NCBI GenBank assembly: GCA_951406725.2
Contig: OX597830.1
Location: forward strand, 72,292,001-72,356,000
Direction: 5' to 3'
Origin: Octopus vulgaris
Taxonomy: Eukaryota
DNA length: 64,000 nucleotides
Below the pieces are notes generated by a model. It was given only the letters and a program-made list of their open reading frames with translations, was not told where the DNA came from and made no database searches. The position numbers were made by a program, and so were the translations under genes. The first letter of the stretch is position 1. Every line of letters starts with the position of its first letter. Below, in pieces: positions 38,115-50,990 of the stretch.

Positions 38115-38632
38115 TGACACAAGGCCAGCAATTTGGCTAGCAATTTCGAGTGGTGGGGCTAAGTCGATTACATCGATCCCAGTACGCAACTGGTATTGAT
38201 TTTATCTACTCCGAAAGGATGGAAGGCAAATGCGACCTCAGTGGAATTTGAACTGAGGACGTAAAGACGGACGAAATGCCCAGCACGCTGACAATTCTGC
38301 CAACTCGGCTCCTTAAAATGGTACAATGTATTCTTTTCTGCTCTAAGCACAAGGTCCGAAATTTTGGGGGAGACAGCCAGTCGATTAGATCGAACCCGGT
38401 ACGCAACCGGTGCTCAATCTACTGACCCTGAAAAGATGAAAGGCAAATTCGACCTCAGCGGAATTTGAACTCAGAACGTAAAGACAGAGTTCAAATTCCA
38501 CCGAGGTCGACTTTGCCTTCCATCATTTTCGGGATCGATAAATTAAGTACCAGTTGCGTACTGGGGTCGATCTAATCGACTGAGAATCCTCCTCCAAAAT
38601 TTCGGGCTTTGTGCCTAGACTACAAAAGACTA
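38115..38632. mobile_element. SINE family A cluster: two minus copies, then a plus copy forming a palindrome
   Basis: ggaatttgaactc-agaacgtaaagaca-gagttcaaattcc centre at 38460-38499. Confidence 0.85.
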
Positions 38633-39032
38633 TATTACGACTATGTTATGTTCTAATTAGCTTCTGTAAACTGGTGACAAATATTTTACTTGTAATAAAT
38701 GTTGGTTCTAATCCAGCTGTAAATAACTGCCGATGTGGTCACTAGTTTCATTCATAAATTTTCATCTTCTTGCAGATGTCATTGTATAGTGAATCAATCT
38801 TAAACTCCGAACAACTGACCGTATGTGGCAGAACTGAGGACTGCTACAAAGTGAGAGTGGTAAATATTATCGGAGGATTTGGACTTATCCAAATTAATCA
38901 TTATGCAACAAAAAGTGGGTTTATTAGCCACAGTCCCTTAGATATACCATAGAACTGCTATTTGAAATGACATTTTTTGGTCTCATACATTCATTCTCTT
39001 CTGTTGCTTATCTATTCCTTTCTCTGTATATT

Positions 39033-39429
39033 TCTATATATATAAAAGAGAGGTTGTGTACTATCTGTCTCCTACGATTTAGATTCCTAACTACTCCCAC
39101 ATTTTGCGGTGCAGTTTAACCAAAACCGGGTATCTTATAGTCGTGATTCATATTGAGCCCTTCTGGGTATTAGCGCGCGTCTACGATGAGTCTACGATTT
39201 AAAAAGAAAATTACCATCAATTTTTCACATTTTTAATGCATTTTTGGCATATATAAGGGAAGTAACTCTCTAAATATTTATTATTAAATCTCAGAACGTA
39301 AAAAGCTACAGTAACCCCCCCCCCTTTGTGGTTAGCCACATTGAGATGGCTATTATACTTTACATCTCTAAAAATGCTTATATAGTTATTTCCCTTACAA
39401 ACCCGAGCAACGCCGGGCGATACTGCTAG
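39033..39429 (+). mobile_element. Non-autonomous Helitron copy
   Basis: Near-identical to 15293-15687; ends hairpin + CTAG|T. Confidence 0.88.
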
Positions 39430-40110
39430 TTTCTATATAAAGGATTTCATACGAAAAGTCAGACTCTCCTATGTATGTTTCTTACGTTGCCGTATTAAGC
39501 CTCATTGTACAATTCTTTGTTTGTTGATTTTTTTGCTTTATATTTCCATGCTTTGCAGTCACAAACATTCGCATGTCTCGTTCTATATAGCATTTTAAAT
39601 GTGTTTCTTTCTATTTTTACTTCAAGTTTTTTGTGTAATTTTTATATATTCATAATTTACAGAATTATTTAACAAAGTAATTCGCCACTACTTCGCGGAT
39701 TGATCATAATATAGCGATACACAAACACATTCACATAAATAAATGTATACGTGTGTACGAGCACGCATATTTACGCTTACATGATGTATGCGTATGTTCC
39801 AACGTTTAAATTAGAAACATCCTCGAAGATAAACGGAGAGAATGAGAAGTTAGTAGTAACATATTGTAATGCATACGCAAGCAGCATTTCTGTAGATAAG
39901 TCACTTCATTTGAGGCCAGCCTCCAGAATCAACTTTTGATTTATGTTCGTAGTTTTAAGGTTACAGTAGCGGGTTTAAAGAGATAAGGGAATTTAGTGAA
40001 TGTAGAAGACTAAAATGTGATTAAACTATTATTTAAAATCTGCTGATTTCCTTTTCTATACAATAAAGACGAAACATTATATACTACCATATTTTATTTA
40101 TATACTATTA

Positions 40111-40250
40111 CTAGCAGTATCGCCCGGCGTTGCTCGGGTTTGTAAGGGAAATAACTATATAAGCATTTTTAGAGAGTTATAGCCAAAAATTAGCAAAAAA
40201 TGCATTAAAAATGGAAAAAAAAATGACAACTTGACTTTTATATATAAAGA
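40111..40250 (-). mobile_element. Internally deleted non-autonomous Helitron
   Basis: Both termini retained (A|TC...CTAG|T on the minus strand); the middle is missing. Confidence 0.85.
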
Positions 40251-41341
40251 TATGCTATTATAATACGGCTCTGTTATTTCGTTTTATATTTTTTTTGCTT
40301 TTAATCGTTAGTATGTGGCCACAATGCGCGCTCCGTGAAGAGCATTGTTGATTGTTGTTATACAACGACAATAACAAGCGACCTAGGCAGGATTAGTTAC
40401 ATAAGCATAAAGAACTATGTTCTCTTTCGGTAATATACATATCTAAAGCACACATACAATACGTTAATACGTCTCTCTCACACTTTACTCGGTTACTTGT
40501 TTCAGTTAAATCACTTTGACCATGCTGGAGCACCGCCTTTAGTCGAGCAAATCGACCCCTAGGATTTATTCTTTGTAAACCTAGTACTTATTCTATCGGT
40601 CTTTTTCGCTGAACTGCAAGGTTGTGGGGACGTAAACACACCAATATGTATATAAGTCATTTCAAATATTTCTTAAATTGCCGCCGCTACCTACTTCAAA
40701 TTCTGCCATTCCAAGGTGCATCGAGCAGTTTCTGCTTCATCTGAGACCCAGCATAGAATATTGCCCTCAAATCATGGACAGATCCCAACTGCTACTAACT
40801 ATGGAATCCCCAATCGCATCTAAAAGTAGTACCGGGCTTAAACGGAAAAAAAATAAGTATTCAGGTCTATTTGTTCGGTTACAATTCTTCAAGGTCGCAG
40901 CTTAATAACTGAAACCATTTAAAGGTAAAAGTTAAAAGAAAGACGCACACACATTTCGCTGGAATTTGAACTCAGAACGTAAAGTAAGCGAAATATCGCA
41001 AAACATTTCTCCCGGCGTGCTAACGTCTCTGCCAGCTCGCTACCACACACACACACATACACACACACGTAATGTGTCCATATGTAAGCAGCGGTTCGAC
41101 ATATTTATGAATAACTTCGGTATAATAATTCATTAATACCCTGAAACCATAAGTGGATGTTTGACCATACCATATATATTTTGGCCGTTTATACACATCT
41201 GTTCAATATCTATAATACATGGCATAATAAATTATTGCTACTTTTAAACCATATCTTGATATTAACCTTTCTCATATAGACCGGCACTCTCATATATACA
41301 CCTGTCTTCGTCTGTAAATTTCAAGTATGTATATATATATA

Positions 41342-41412
<71 letters not shown>

Positions 41413-41416
<4 letters not shown>

Positions 41417-41686
41417 ATAAATTAGGGAATAAATCCAAACTTACAGGGAAAAATCAGATTTAGGATTAAATCCAATTTTATAGTATAAATATATTATACA
41501 ATATTGTATTAAATTAGAGATAAAACCACTATTAGGCAAATCAAACAATGAAAAACATAAGCCAATACATAAAATTACCTAGAAGTGATTGGAATATCCT
41601 TCAAGGATGAATTCCAAAATAGCGGTTCTATCTTACCTGTAAATTCCATAATTTACGAAGTTGATATATTACACTCAATATACGTA

Positions 41687-41690
<4 letters not shown>
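41413..41690. mobile_element. Unclassified about 280-bp sequence embedded between two long pure (TA)n tracts
   Basis: Sharp (TA)n boundaries on both sides. No second copy in the window. Confidence 0.4.
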
Positions 41691-41783
<93 letters not shown>

Positions 41784-41799
41784 TATATACATGTACATA

Positions 41800-42008
41800 C
41801 ACATATTCTTTTATTCTTTACTTGTTTCAGTCATTTTACGCGGCCATGCTGATGCACCGCATTTTAGTCATACAAATCGACCCCAAGACTTATTCTTTGT
41901 TAGCCTAGTACTTATTCTATCGGTCTCTTTTGCTGAACCACCTAAGTTACGGGACGTAAACACACCAGCATCGGTTGTCAAACGATGGTGGGAGGACAAA
42001 CACAGACA

Positions 42009-42010
<2 letters not shown>
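41800..42010 (-). mobile_element. SINE family B 3' half
   Basis: cttgtttcagtcatt...cttattctatcggtctcttttgc...acaccagcatcggttgtcaa. Confidence 0.85.
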
Positions 42011-42100
<90 letters not shown>

Positions 42101-42399
42101 AGAAAATGGAGAAGATAAACAATCGACACACGTCAGCCAGTAAACAGCAAACATTGAATTATATCTATTTATTAATTGATTTCAAACATATGTGTGATTC
42201 AAGTAAACGAATGTAATAAGCCAATAAATACTTAAATAAATATATATATATATATAGAGAGAGAGGGGGGGAGAGGAGAGAGAGAGAGATAAAAATAAAT
42301 GAATAATAATAGATGAATGTACAAATACTAAACTCTTACAGTCGTTTCTACCATGAGGCTGCCAAATCTTTCAAGTTATCCTCATCACGTCAGTGATAT

Positions 42400-42970
42400 A
42401 CAGGGAGGAACATACATTGGACTGGAGAATCACCAGAAATGTTCAGTGGAAATGCTGAGTTTACACTGGATCTATTTCCACCTCTACCACAATTATTACA
42501 AGAACTGTACACTGGGGCGAGTCAGTTCAGGAAACACTTTATGTCAAGACTCAGGGAGTACAACTCATTGTTTGTCATGACCAGCTCTGGTCACAAAGAC
42601 GCATGTCCAAGGCTGGAATCAAAGGTCAAATTTACCATCAACTTCGGTAAATAAACGCGCCAAGGGAGAACATGCCCGACGTTTTAATGCACCAACAGGG
42701 GCTGAAGTTGCAATTCTTATGTCAAAGGAGCCTACATAAAATAGAGATATTGTTCTTCAGTTGAAACAAAGTGTATTGAGAATTTCAGAGTTACATCGAT
42801 CCTCTGATCCTTTGATGTATCAATTGTTTTTTCATATGGAACAGACGGCTACAGCATGTATTTGCAAGGGAGTAATTACCTCCAAGGAACAGTGATATAT
42901 CACGATTGGAGGATTATCCGACTCACCAATTATGATACTTAATCCCGAGCCACGCAGGGTACGCCTGCTA
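42400..42970 (+). pseudogene. Helitron Rep/helicase N-terminal remnant, internally deleted, with a 3' hairpin
   Basis: LFPPLPQLLQELYTG...KHFMSRLREYNSLFVMTS; GEHARRFNAPTGAEVAILM...RDIVLQL...LRISELHRSSDPLMYQLFF..GTDGY. cccgagccacgcaggg..tgcta at 42944-42970. Confidence 0.82.
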
Positions 42971-43011
42971 CAAGTACTGCTTATGTATCAAGGACTGTTT
43001 CACTGTAAATA

Positions 43012-43330
43012 TATATATTTGCGAAGGCTAGGCAGGCATCTCAACTAGCAGGACTCGCTACCCTGGACTAATGACGGGAAAGAACCCAGAAACATGCATG
43101 TCTTCAGGTGTGAATCCTAGCTGGTGGGGGTGTTGCCTCCCCTTCGCAAATATAAGGACACAGGAAATGTGTCAAAGCCGACAGGAAACGTCGATGCTTC
43201 CTAGGGCTAAATAGCGGTGATGTAATTCCCATACGGGACTGTCACGTTATGTTGACAGTATACAACTACTCTGTCGCTCCACCACCGCTCATGTCTCTTT
43301 GAGACATTTAGAGATTCAATATTTCTAATA
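43012..43330 (+). mobile_element. Non-coding element with hammerhead motif, same family as the 60424-60771 foldback
   Basis: 43128-43328 aligns with 60565-60770 (ccttcg.aaat..taaggacacaggaaa.tgtgtc.aagcc..caggaa.cgtcgatgcttc.tagggctaaa.agcggtg). Confidence 0.8.
43062..43108 (+). ncRNA. Type-I hammerhead ribozyme motif with one core substitution
   Basis: cctgga CTAATGA cggg aaagaa ccca GAAA catgcat GTC ttcagg: 6-bp stem I, stem II, palindromic stem III, GUC triplet. Core is CUAAUGA instead of CUGAUGA. Confidence 0.75.
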
Positions 43331-43479
43331 TATATATAGAATGTATGTTTCTGTTTACTAAATCCACTCACAAGGCTTTGGTCGGCCGAGGTTATAATAG
43401 AAAAGTTGCCACGTAGTTTGACTGAACCGAGAGCCATGTGGTTGTGAACCACCCTTCTTACCACACAGCCACGCCTAAA

Positions 43480-43546
<67 letters not shown>

Positions 43547-44092
43547 CAGTCCTTGATATATAAGCAGTCCTTGATTTTTGATTTAACGAGTGGGGTTGAT
43601 ATGTGACGTCCCTATGGAATAAAGGGTTTGTGTGAAGTAACGGTCAGTTAGGCATGTAATATAAACATTATGTCAAATGTGACAGCTACTGCAATAAAAT
43701 GGTTTAAATGAATTTTCCTCCTGGTTACAAAATTTCACATTCCACTTTTGATATCCCTCTAGGTTTCAAACATACATCCGGACTTGTTACTTTTAGTTTT
43801 CATTTTTTCCTTTTTCATCAACGATAGGTCTCCCACTATTTCTTCTCTCTCCCTCTCTCTTTCTCTCTCTTACTTTCCCTCTCTCCCTTTTTCTGTATAC
43901 ATTCATATGTATATGCGCATGTGTGCTTGAATGAATGTGTAAAATTAGCGGAAATATACGGCATGACCATAAATTTTCAATACATTAATATTTGTATTTT
44001 TCTGTTCTTCCGCTGATTGATTATGAAATTTTCTAAAGAAATAAATGGATCCAAACTTTCCGATCACCCTGAATATCTATCTATCTATCTAC

Positions 44093-44176
<84 letters not shown>

Positions 44177-44213
44177 ATATCTATCTACCTATCTAGGTAT
44201 CTGTTTGTTTGTC

Positions 44214-44280
<67 letters not shown>

Positions 44281-44282
<2 letters not shown>

Positions 44283-44505
44283 CGGCGACATCAAAAATAC
44301 ATTTTAAAATCCACAAAGATCAGAACTTTTCTGCAGGTCTTGGTGATCCAAATCGGATTTACAATTTATGTGGGTGTCGTTTCAGAACAATGTCTAGTTT
44401 AAAAAGTCACATCAGATGCCATGATGTTGCCTTGGCACCATCATGGCATCTTCTGTGTAGGTACAGGAGGGGGTCAAACTCTGCATAAGGAGTAGACAAC
44501 CACCA
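44281..44505 (+). mobile_element. Probable LINE (RTE-like) 3' fragment with a C2H2-like finger, between (TA)n tracts
   Basis: YNLCGCRFRTMSSLKSHIRCHD, then a short 3' segment running into AT/CA repeats. Confidence 0.45.
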
Positions 44506-44512
44506 TATGTAT

Positions 44513-44591
<79 letters not shown>

Positions 44592-44891
44592 TGAAAGAAT
44601 GGAGTCGAACGACGATTAACAAAATTCCTTTATTCTCGACATATGTTTCGAAGACTGCATATCCGTGTTTTCTGACGTGAATTTGCTACCCGGGTATCGG
44701 TTAACCGAATTATCCATACTAGGATAATTCATTCAACTACTTATATATATATATATATATACATCTACGTGTGTGTGTATGTGTCTGTGCGTCTATGTGT
44801 GTGTGTACTTAAGGAACTTGCTTTGGAACGAAGTGGTTTTGTCTCAAGTTCCACTGCGCAATACGCATACATACATACATACATACATACA

Positions 44892-44923
<32 letters not shown>

Positions 44924-45254
44924 CATCTGGTGCTTTTCAAACTACCAAATCCACTGAAAAAGAGTTGGCCGGTTGGTGATTATAGAGGAAAACACTTGCT
45001 CAACTTCCCATTCTGTGCGACATAAACCGAAACCTCATAATTGGGAAATATCTACGTCATTTTAATATGCGAACGCTAAAAAGCAAGTCTTGTCACTCCA
45101 GTATGGCCCACTGACTGCAACTACAGTAAGAATAAAATCGTTAGCAAACAAAAAAAGTACAAGAAAATTCAAAACAAACATGAGTAATGTTTCCTTTCCT
45201 TGTATTACTTTGGAAATTTTTAATTTTTCTTGCTCGGAGTTTCCGTCTTTCGAC

Positions 45255-45450
45255 TACGTTGACAGAATCGCTAGTACGCCGGGCGAAATTCTTAGAAGTA
45301 TTTCGTCCATCTTCAGGTTTTGAGTTCAAATTTCACCGGGGTCAACTTTGCGTTTCATCCTTTCGAGGTCGGTAAAATAGGTCCCAGTTAAGCATTGGGT
45401 TCCTATACCCCTTCCCTCACAATTTCAGGCCTTACACCTAAAGTAGAAAG
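45255..45450 (+). mobile_element. Diverged SINE family A (alternative tail)
   Basis: gccgggcgaaat...gagttcaaat...tttcatcctttcgaggtcg...cctaaagtagaaagg. Confidence 0.8.
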
Positions 45451-45451
45451 G

Positions 45452-45489
<38 letters not shown>

Positions 45490-45612
45490 TTTCTTCTTCT
45501 TCTTCTTCTTCTTCTTCTTCTTCTTCTTCTTCTTCTTCTTCTTCTTCTTCTTCTTCTTCTTCTTCTTCTTCTTCTTCTTCTTCTTCTTCTTCTTCTTCTT
45601 CTTCTTCTTCTT
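45452..45612. repeat. (TTA)n(TTC)n compound microsatellite
   Basis: Read directly. Confidence 0.97.
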
Positions 45613-46579
45613 GTCGTCCTCCTCCTCCCCATTCTTTTCCTCCTTACTCTGTTATACGTGACCCCACCATGGGTCATTTGTCCAAGACTTTCAAGCAATA
45701 AACCTGCCAAAACCGGATGCAATGTCAGAAATAGCTATCAAGCCAAGCATGTTTTTTCTATATACATATGATATACATTGGGTTGTTGTTTATTGTCGTC
45801 GTCGTCGTCGTCGTCATCGTCATAGTTATCTTTGCTGTTGTTGTTGTTGGTGTTGTTTTTGCTGCTGCAGTCGTTGTTGCTGCTGTTGTTGTTGTTGTTG
45901 ACATTGTTGTTGCTTCTGAGCGAGGAAATTTGAGTTCATGAAACAACATACAAATAGTTTCAATTATTTCTAACTGAGATCCTGAACAAATGCTGTTGAC
46001 GGAAACTAAAATACAATGTACTCTGCACTCTAGCGATTCTGCATTGTCTCCAGATATTGTCCCTAGTATCTGATTTTTTGTGGGTCGTGGTTACAATTAC
46101 GAGTATGTTTGTAGTATGACCGAGTTGTGTGATCTTTATTCGTTCGCAATTACTTGGTATATTGCCCTTATGTGATTGCCGTTGACAATATTCTGCACTG
46201 CTGCTATGATGGGTTTTATTGCTTTTAAAATGCCCTTAACATTAACCCTATACTCCTGCAATATAATGCCTACGAAGAATCTATCCTCTACTTGGTAGCT
46301 CACTATATAATATGTGGCGGAAAAATCTTCAAATCACAGCTGACCGTCATTAAAAAAAATTGAAGGGCAAAAAGACAGGATGTCACAGGTGAAATGCTAC
46401 TCATTATATGTCTTATTAATTAGTGACTGATGCAAAACAAAGAAAATACTTCAAAGTAGCTATCGGTTATCTGAACATATCTTCCTTAATTATATTTTCG
46501 TTTGTTTTTCATATTGAAATTCAACAAAATATTTTGTCTAATAATTTATTGTGTATTCAACTCCTTGTATTTCATATTT

Positions 46580-46943
46580 GCGACTCTACGTTACAAGGAG
46601 GGACATGAAGGCCTGAAGCATCAATATTAGCGGTTGGGAGGCAGTTGCCGGCAACCGTGGAGACTGGCGACGTACCGTAAGAGAGGGAATACAAAGGAGT
46701 GACAGAGAGAGAGAGGAGAAATGGTAGGACAGGAAAAGACGTCAGCAAGAAACTATAGCATTACAACCAGCCAGGAACAGTCTTCGCTACATTTGCGGTA
46801 CCTGCCAGAGGGAGTGTTTGTCCAGGATAGGACTACACAGCCACAGCAGGAAATGTATCAGGACATGAAATGTAAAAGCCGGACTAGACTACTTTATGCT
46901 CAACTCCATTGTCTCCCGAGACAAAAAGGATGCCAACAACAAC
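46580..46943 (+). mobile_element. RTE-clade LINE 3' end
   Basis: RDMKA.SINISGWEAVAGNRGDWRRTVREG...YICGTCQRECLSRIGLHSHSRKC; 3' hairpin tgtctcccgagaca and aggatgcc(aac)n tail. Confidence 0.85.
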
Positions 46944-48409
46944 AGTGTGTAAGAAATATATGGAAGAAAGTAAGTCCTCTAACAACTTTTCAAGATGAAA
47001 TGTTACTAAGAGGATAACGAATTGTTTGTAAAATTGTTAAAGGACTTAATAAATCAACAGAGGATTCTTTACGCATTCTATAGACTTGGTACAAAGAATT
47101 CATAAAATCCTTCATATCGTATCCGGCTGTCTTACTAAATAGAAGGATACATTTGATAAATTGGCCTAAATGCACAGTCTGAGCAAAAAGGACAAAAGCA
47201 TATAGCACGATTGCGGCTGGAATACGTTTGATCAAAGGTCTTTCAAATGAGGGTAGAATTAAGTTTTAAAACAAAAACAACAAAGATAAGAAAGTGACGG
47301 AAATCGAATATGGTTCTAGAGTTGGGTCCTAGATGTATGTTAACCCAAAACGAATTGAGAGTAAAATATATAAGGCGTCAAACACAGTGTTCTGATAGTT
47401 CCTTCAATTTACATACTTTGTTGTTACGTTTCTATCAATCACAGAGGGGCGAAATTCAAAGTTGACTGAAGGGGAATTTGAAAACAGAGCACACAGCCTT
47501 AGTCAGCATAAATACCACGAAGCAAGTCTAAAGATCTTGCCAAGTGGTGTGTATGTGTAAATAGTAACGAGACGGAGGAAATGCAAAAGGGAAGTTTGGT
47601 TGAAATTTTTATGTATATTCATGTGAAGTTTGATGTATGGCGAAGCAAAGAGGTTGAAATTTTCTGTTTCTATGGTCCGCGTTGTCGGTATAATCATTTT
47701 ACAAAAAAAGCCCAGGAAAACACATAATAAATTAACTAATGGGATGGCTTGCTGCCTATGCAATTTACAAAGGTCTCGTTTGCTTTATGGCTTTACAGAT
47801 GGTAACAAGGCAGGAGTTATGATATTGGATTAAAGCCGACTTGTTAGTGAATGTCGGTAAAATATTGCGGACAAGTTTTGACACTAGACAAGCAGTTTTG
47901 GAGAGGGATAAGTCGATTACATCGATCCCAGTGCTCAACTGGTACTCATTTATCGATCCCAGAAGATAGAAATCAAATGCGACCTCGGCGGTATTTGAAC
48001 TCTGACATTAAATACGGACGAAATACCGCTAAATATTTTGCACGGTGTGTTAACGATTATGCCTACTCCTCGCCTTATATTAGCAGACGTTGTAATTCAT
48101 GAACTTAACTTCTACTGATGCAACGCATAAGCATGGAAGTAATATAGTTAACTTAGAGGTAATGGTTTTGACTACGTAAGGGAGAAGCGATAACTTGTAC
48201 GAGTAAAAGACACACTACATAAGAAGGTCGGTTGAAATGTTTCTAAGCTGACCAAGATACACACATGGAATGTGACCAAATGCGGTCCATAGAGTTCTCT
48301 CACGGGCGTTCCGGTTCTTGGAGCCCATTGGGGAAAAAAATTGCCAATATGACGTAATCATCACTGAGATGTTGTTTTCCAGCCAAATGCTATTTCATGT
48401 TGGTAAACA

Positions 48410-48585
48410 GGCGTAGGAGTGGCTGCGTACTAAGTAGCTTGCTTAACAACCACATGGTTCCGGGATCGATTCCACTACGGGGCACCTCGGGCAAGTGTCT
48501 TCTACTATAGCCTCGGGCCGACCAAAGGCCTTGTGAGTGGATTTGGTAGACGGAAGCTGAAAAAAAACCGTCGTATATATGTATA

Positions 48586-48641
<56 letters not shown>

Positions 48642-48843
48642 GTGTGTATATGTAGGTATGTATGTGTATGTGTTTGTGTGTCTGTGTTTGTCCGATGCTG
48701 GTGTGTTTGAAACCTAAAGGGACCGATATAATAAGTACTAGGCTTACAAACAATAAGCCGTGGGGTCGATTTTCTAAACTAAAGGCAGTGCTCCAGCATG
48801 GCCACAGTCAAATGACTGAAGCAAGTAAAATAGTAAAAGAGTA
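48410..48843 (+). mobile_element. SINE family B copy
   Basis: Head, CORE-like segment, expanded internal (TA)n, tail. Confidence 0.88.
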
Positions 48844-49590
48844 GATGATAGTCGGGGATGCCAAATCAGGAGATAAGGGTGGGTAATAAACCAGTTAAAG
48901 CACAATTAACTACAAAAATTGTCCTATAGAAATTTGTAGGGATGTGACAATATCGTAATATAAAACAGCAAGTGTGGTGCAATCGCTAGAACGCCGGACA
49001 AAATGCTTAGTGGTATTTCGTCTGTAAGATCTGTGTACAAATTCAGCCAACGACGACTTTGCCTTTCATCCTTGCCGGGTCGATAAAATAAATACCATTT
49101 GGGCAATAGGATCTGACCTGACGTTGCTGGCCTTGTACGACAATTTGATCCCAAAATGATCGTAACATTACTGAATTTCAATCATTCCTAAAAAAAATAG
49201 CTGAATTTAATTACACGTGCACACACGCATAGGCAGGCACGTGCACGCAACCCCTCCCCCTTCCCCACAAGCATACACACGCATATATCTATGTATATGT
49301 AGGTACATAAATATATATATACATGCATACATATCGCGCATATAGATGTAGATATATAAGTGAAATGTTAAGTATACCAACAAATGTTTTATGAGATTTA
49401 AAAACAATTAACCCAACAGGCAGGTGCAACATCCCCAAAGTATATGTGAGGATGAATGTATGCACACAATATATATACATATATATATATATGTGTATAT
49501 ATATATATATATGCATATATATGTATGTATATATATATATTATATATATATTATATATATATGTAACATGAATAAATAATATATATATAC

Positions 49591-49621
<31 letters not shown>

Positions 49622-49681
49622 CATATATATATGTGTGTGTGTGTGTGTAACATGCATAAATAATTTCTCTTTCTTTTTTTT

Positions 49682-49717
<36 letters not shown>

Positions 49718-50449
49718 AGTCCGTGTGTATGCGTGAGCTTTTGTGTGTATATGTAGATATGTTGTGTGCGTCTACTTGGTAACTGTTTGATAGCGTGTTT
49801 ATTTATTAACGATGTAATCCAGTTTAATATTCGTAACTAATAAACAGAAAAATAAAACACTAAATCGTGTGTTCTCACCTTATTCTTCCGCAATTTATGC
49901 GTGATTGGTACATAAGCATATGTCTATGTATGCAGGTGTGAATGTATATAGGTGTGTATGTATGTATGTATGTATGTATGTATGTATGTATGTATGTATG
50001 TATGTATGTATGTATGTATGCATACATGCATGTATGTAACTATATATATATATATGTAGGAATAATTGTATATAAATGAATGTGGGTGTGGGGCGCTTCT
50101 ATATGAGATTTTGTTCTGTGTTTATGTGCTTCCCTATGTTTTTAAATATTTAGATCTATATTTCTACTTGGAAATATAAATATCGGTAAATATTTTCATA
50201 CGGATTTGCACGAATATTTATATATATATATATATATATTGCCGTATATATGTATACAGAAACACGCCGGCGGAGTCATATGCACGCACAAGTAAAGTGC
50301 AATATACAAATAATATATATAACGTATCAAATATATATAATACGTATGTTTACGTATGTGTGTACGTATGTGTATACATAGATTCATAAATGCATATATG
50401 CATATCTGTATATTTGTGTGTTTGTGTCAGTGCTTATATTTCTATAAGG

Positions 50450-50566
<117 letters not shown>

Positions 50567-50649
50567 GTCTGTCTATCTATCTACCTTTCTATGTATACCA
50601 CTGTCTCTGATTGCCTGCTTGTATGTCTGTGTCTCTGTTTCTTTATATG

Positions 50650-50761
<112 letters not shown>

Positions 50762-50819
50762 CATTGGCAAGTATATGTAAATATATACATGTATATAATT
50801 ATGTATATTATATTTACCG

Positions 50820-50990
50820 AAAGCAAAAGACGACGACAGATGTAGGGACAACAAGCACGTGTATTAGTTTAACTCTCGGGTAGAATGGAGATGTCTTTTA
50901 CATTTCGAGCCTACGCTCTTCGACTGATAGGATTAAGTGGGAAAAAAAACAGAAAGAGAAAACAAACGTGTAGAGATGAACGGTTCAACA
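50820..50990 (-). mobile_element. Short element with a degenerate hammerhead motif, related to the 19.1, 27.1 and 29.7 kb elements
   Basis: Minus strand: CAGTCGA a gagc gtag gctc GAAA tgt a aaag. Confidence 0.55.

Noticed and set aside
40678-40820. LRPSIEYCPQI, similar to a LINE RT C-terminal motif
   Set aside because: Too short and degenerate to call.
46990-47235. ORF with a signal-peptide-like N-terminus (IKRIPAAIVLYAFVLFAQ)
   Set aside because: It starts at TTG rather than ATG, with no homology or splice support.
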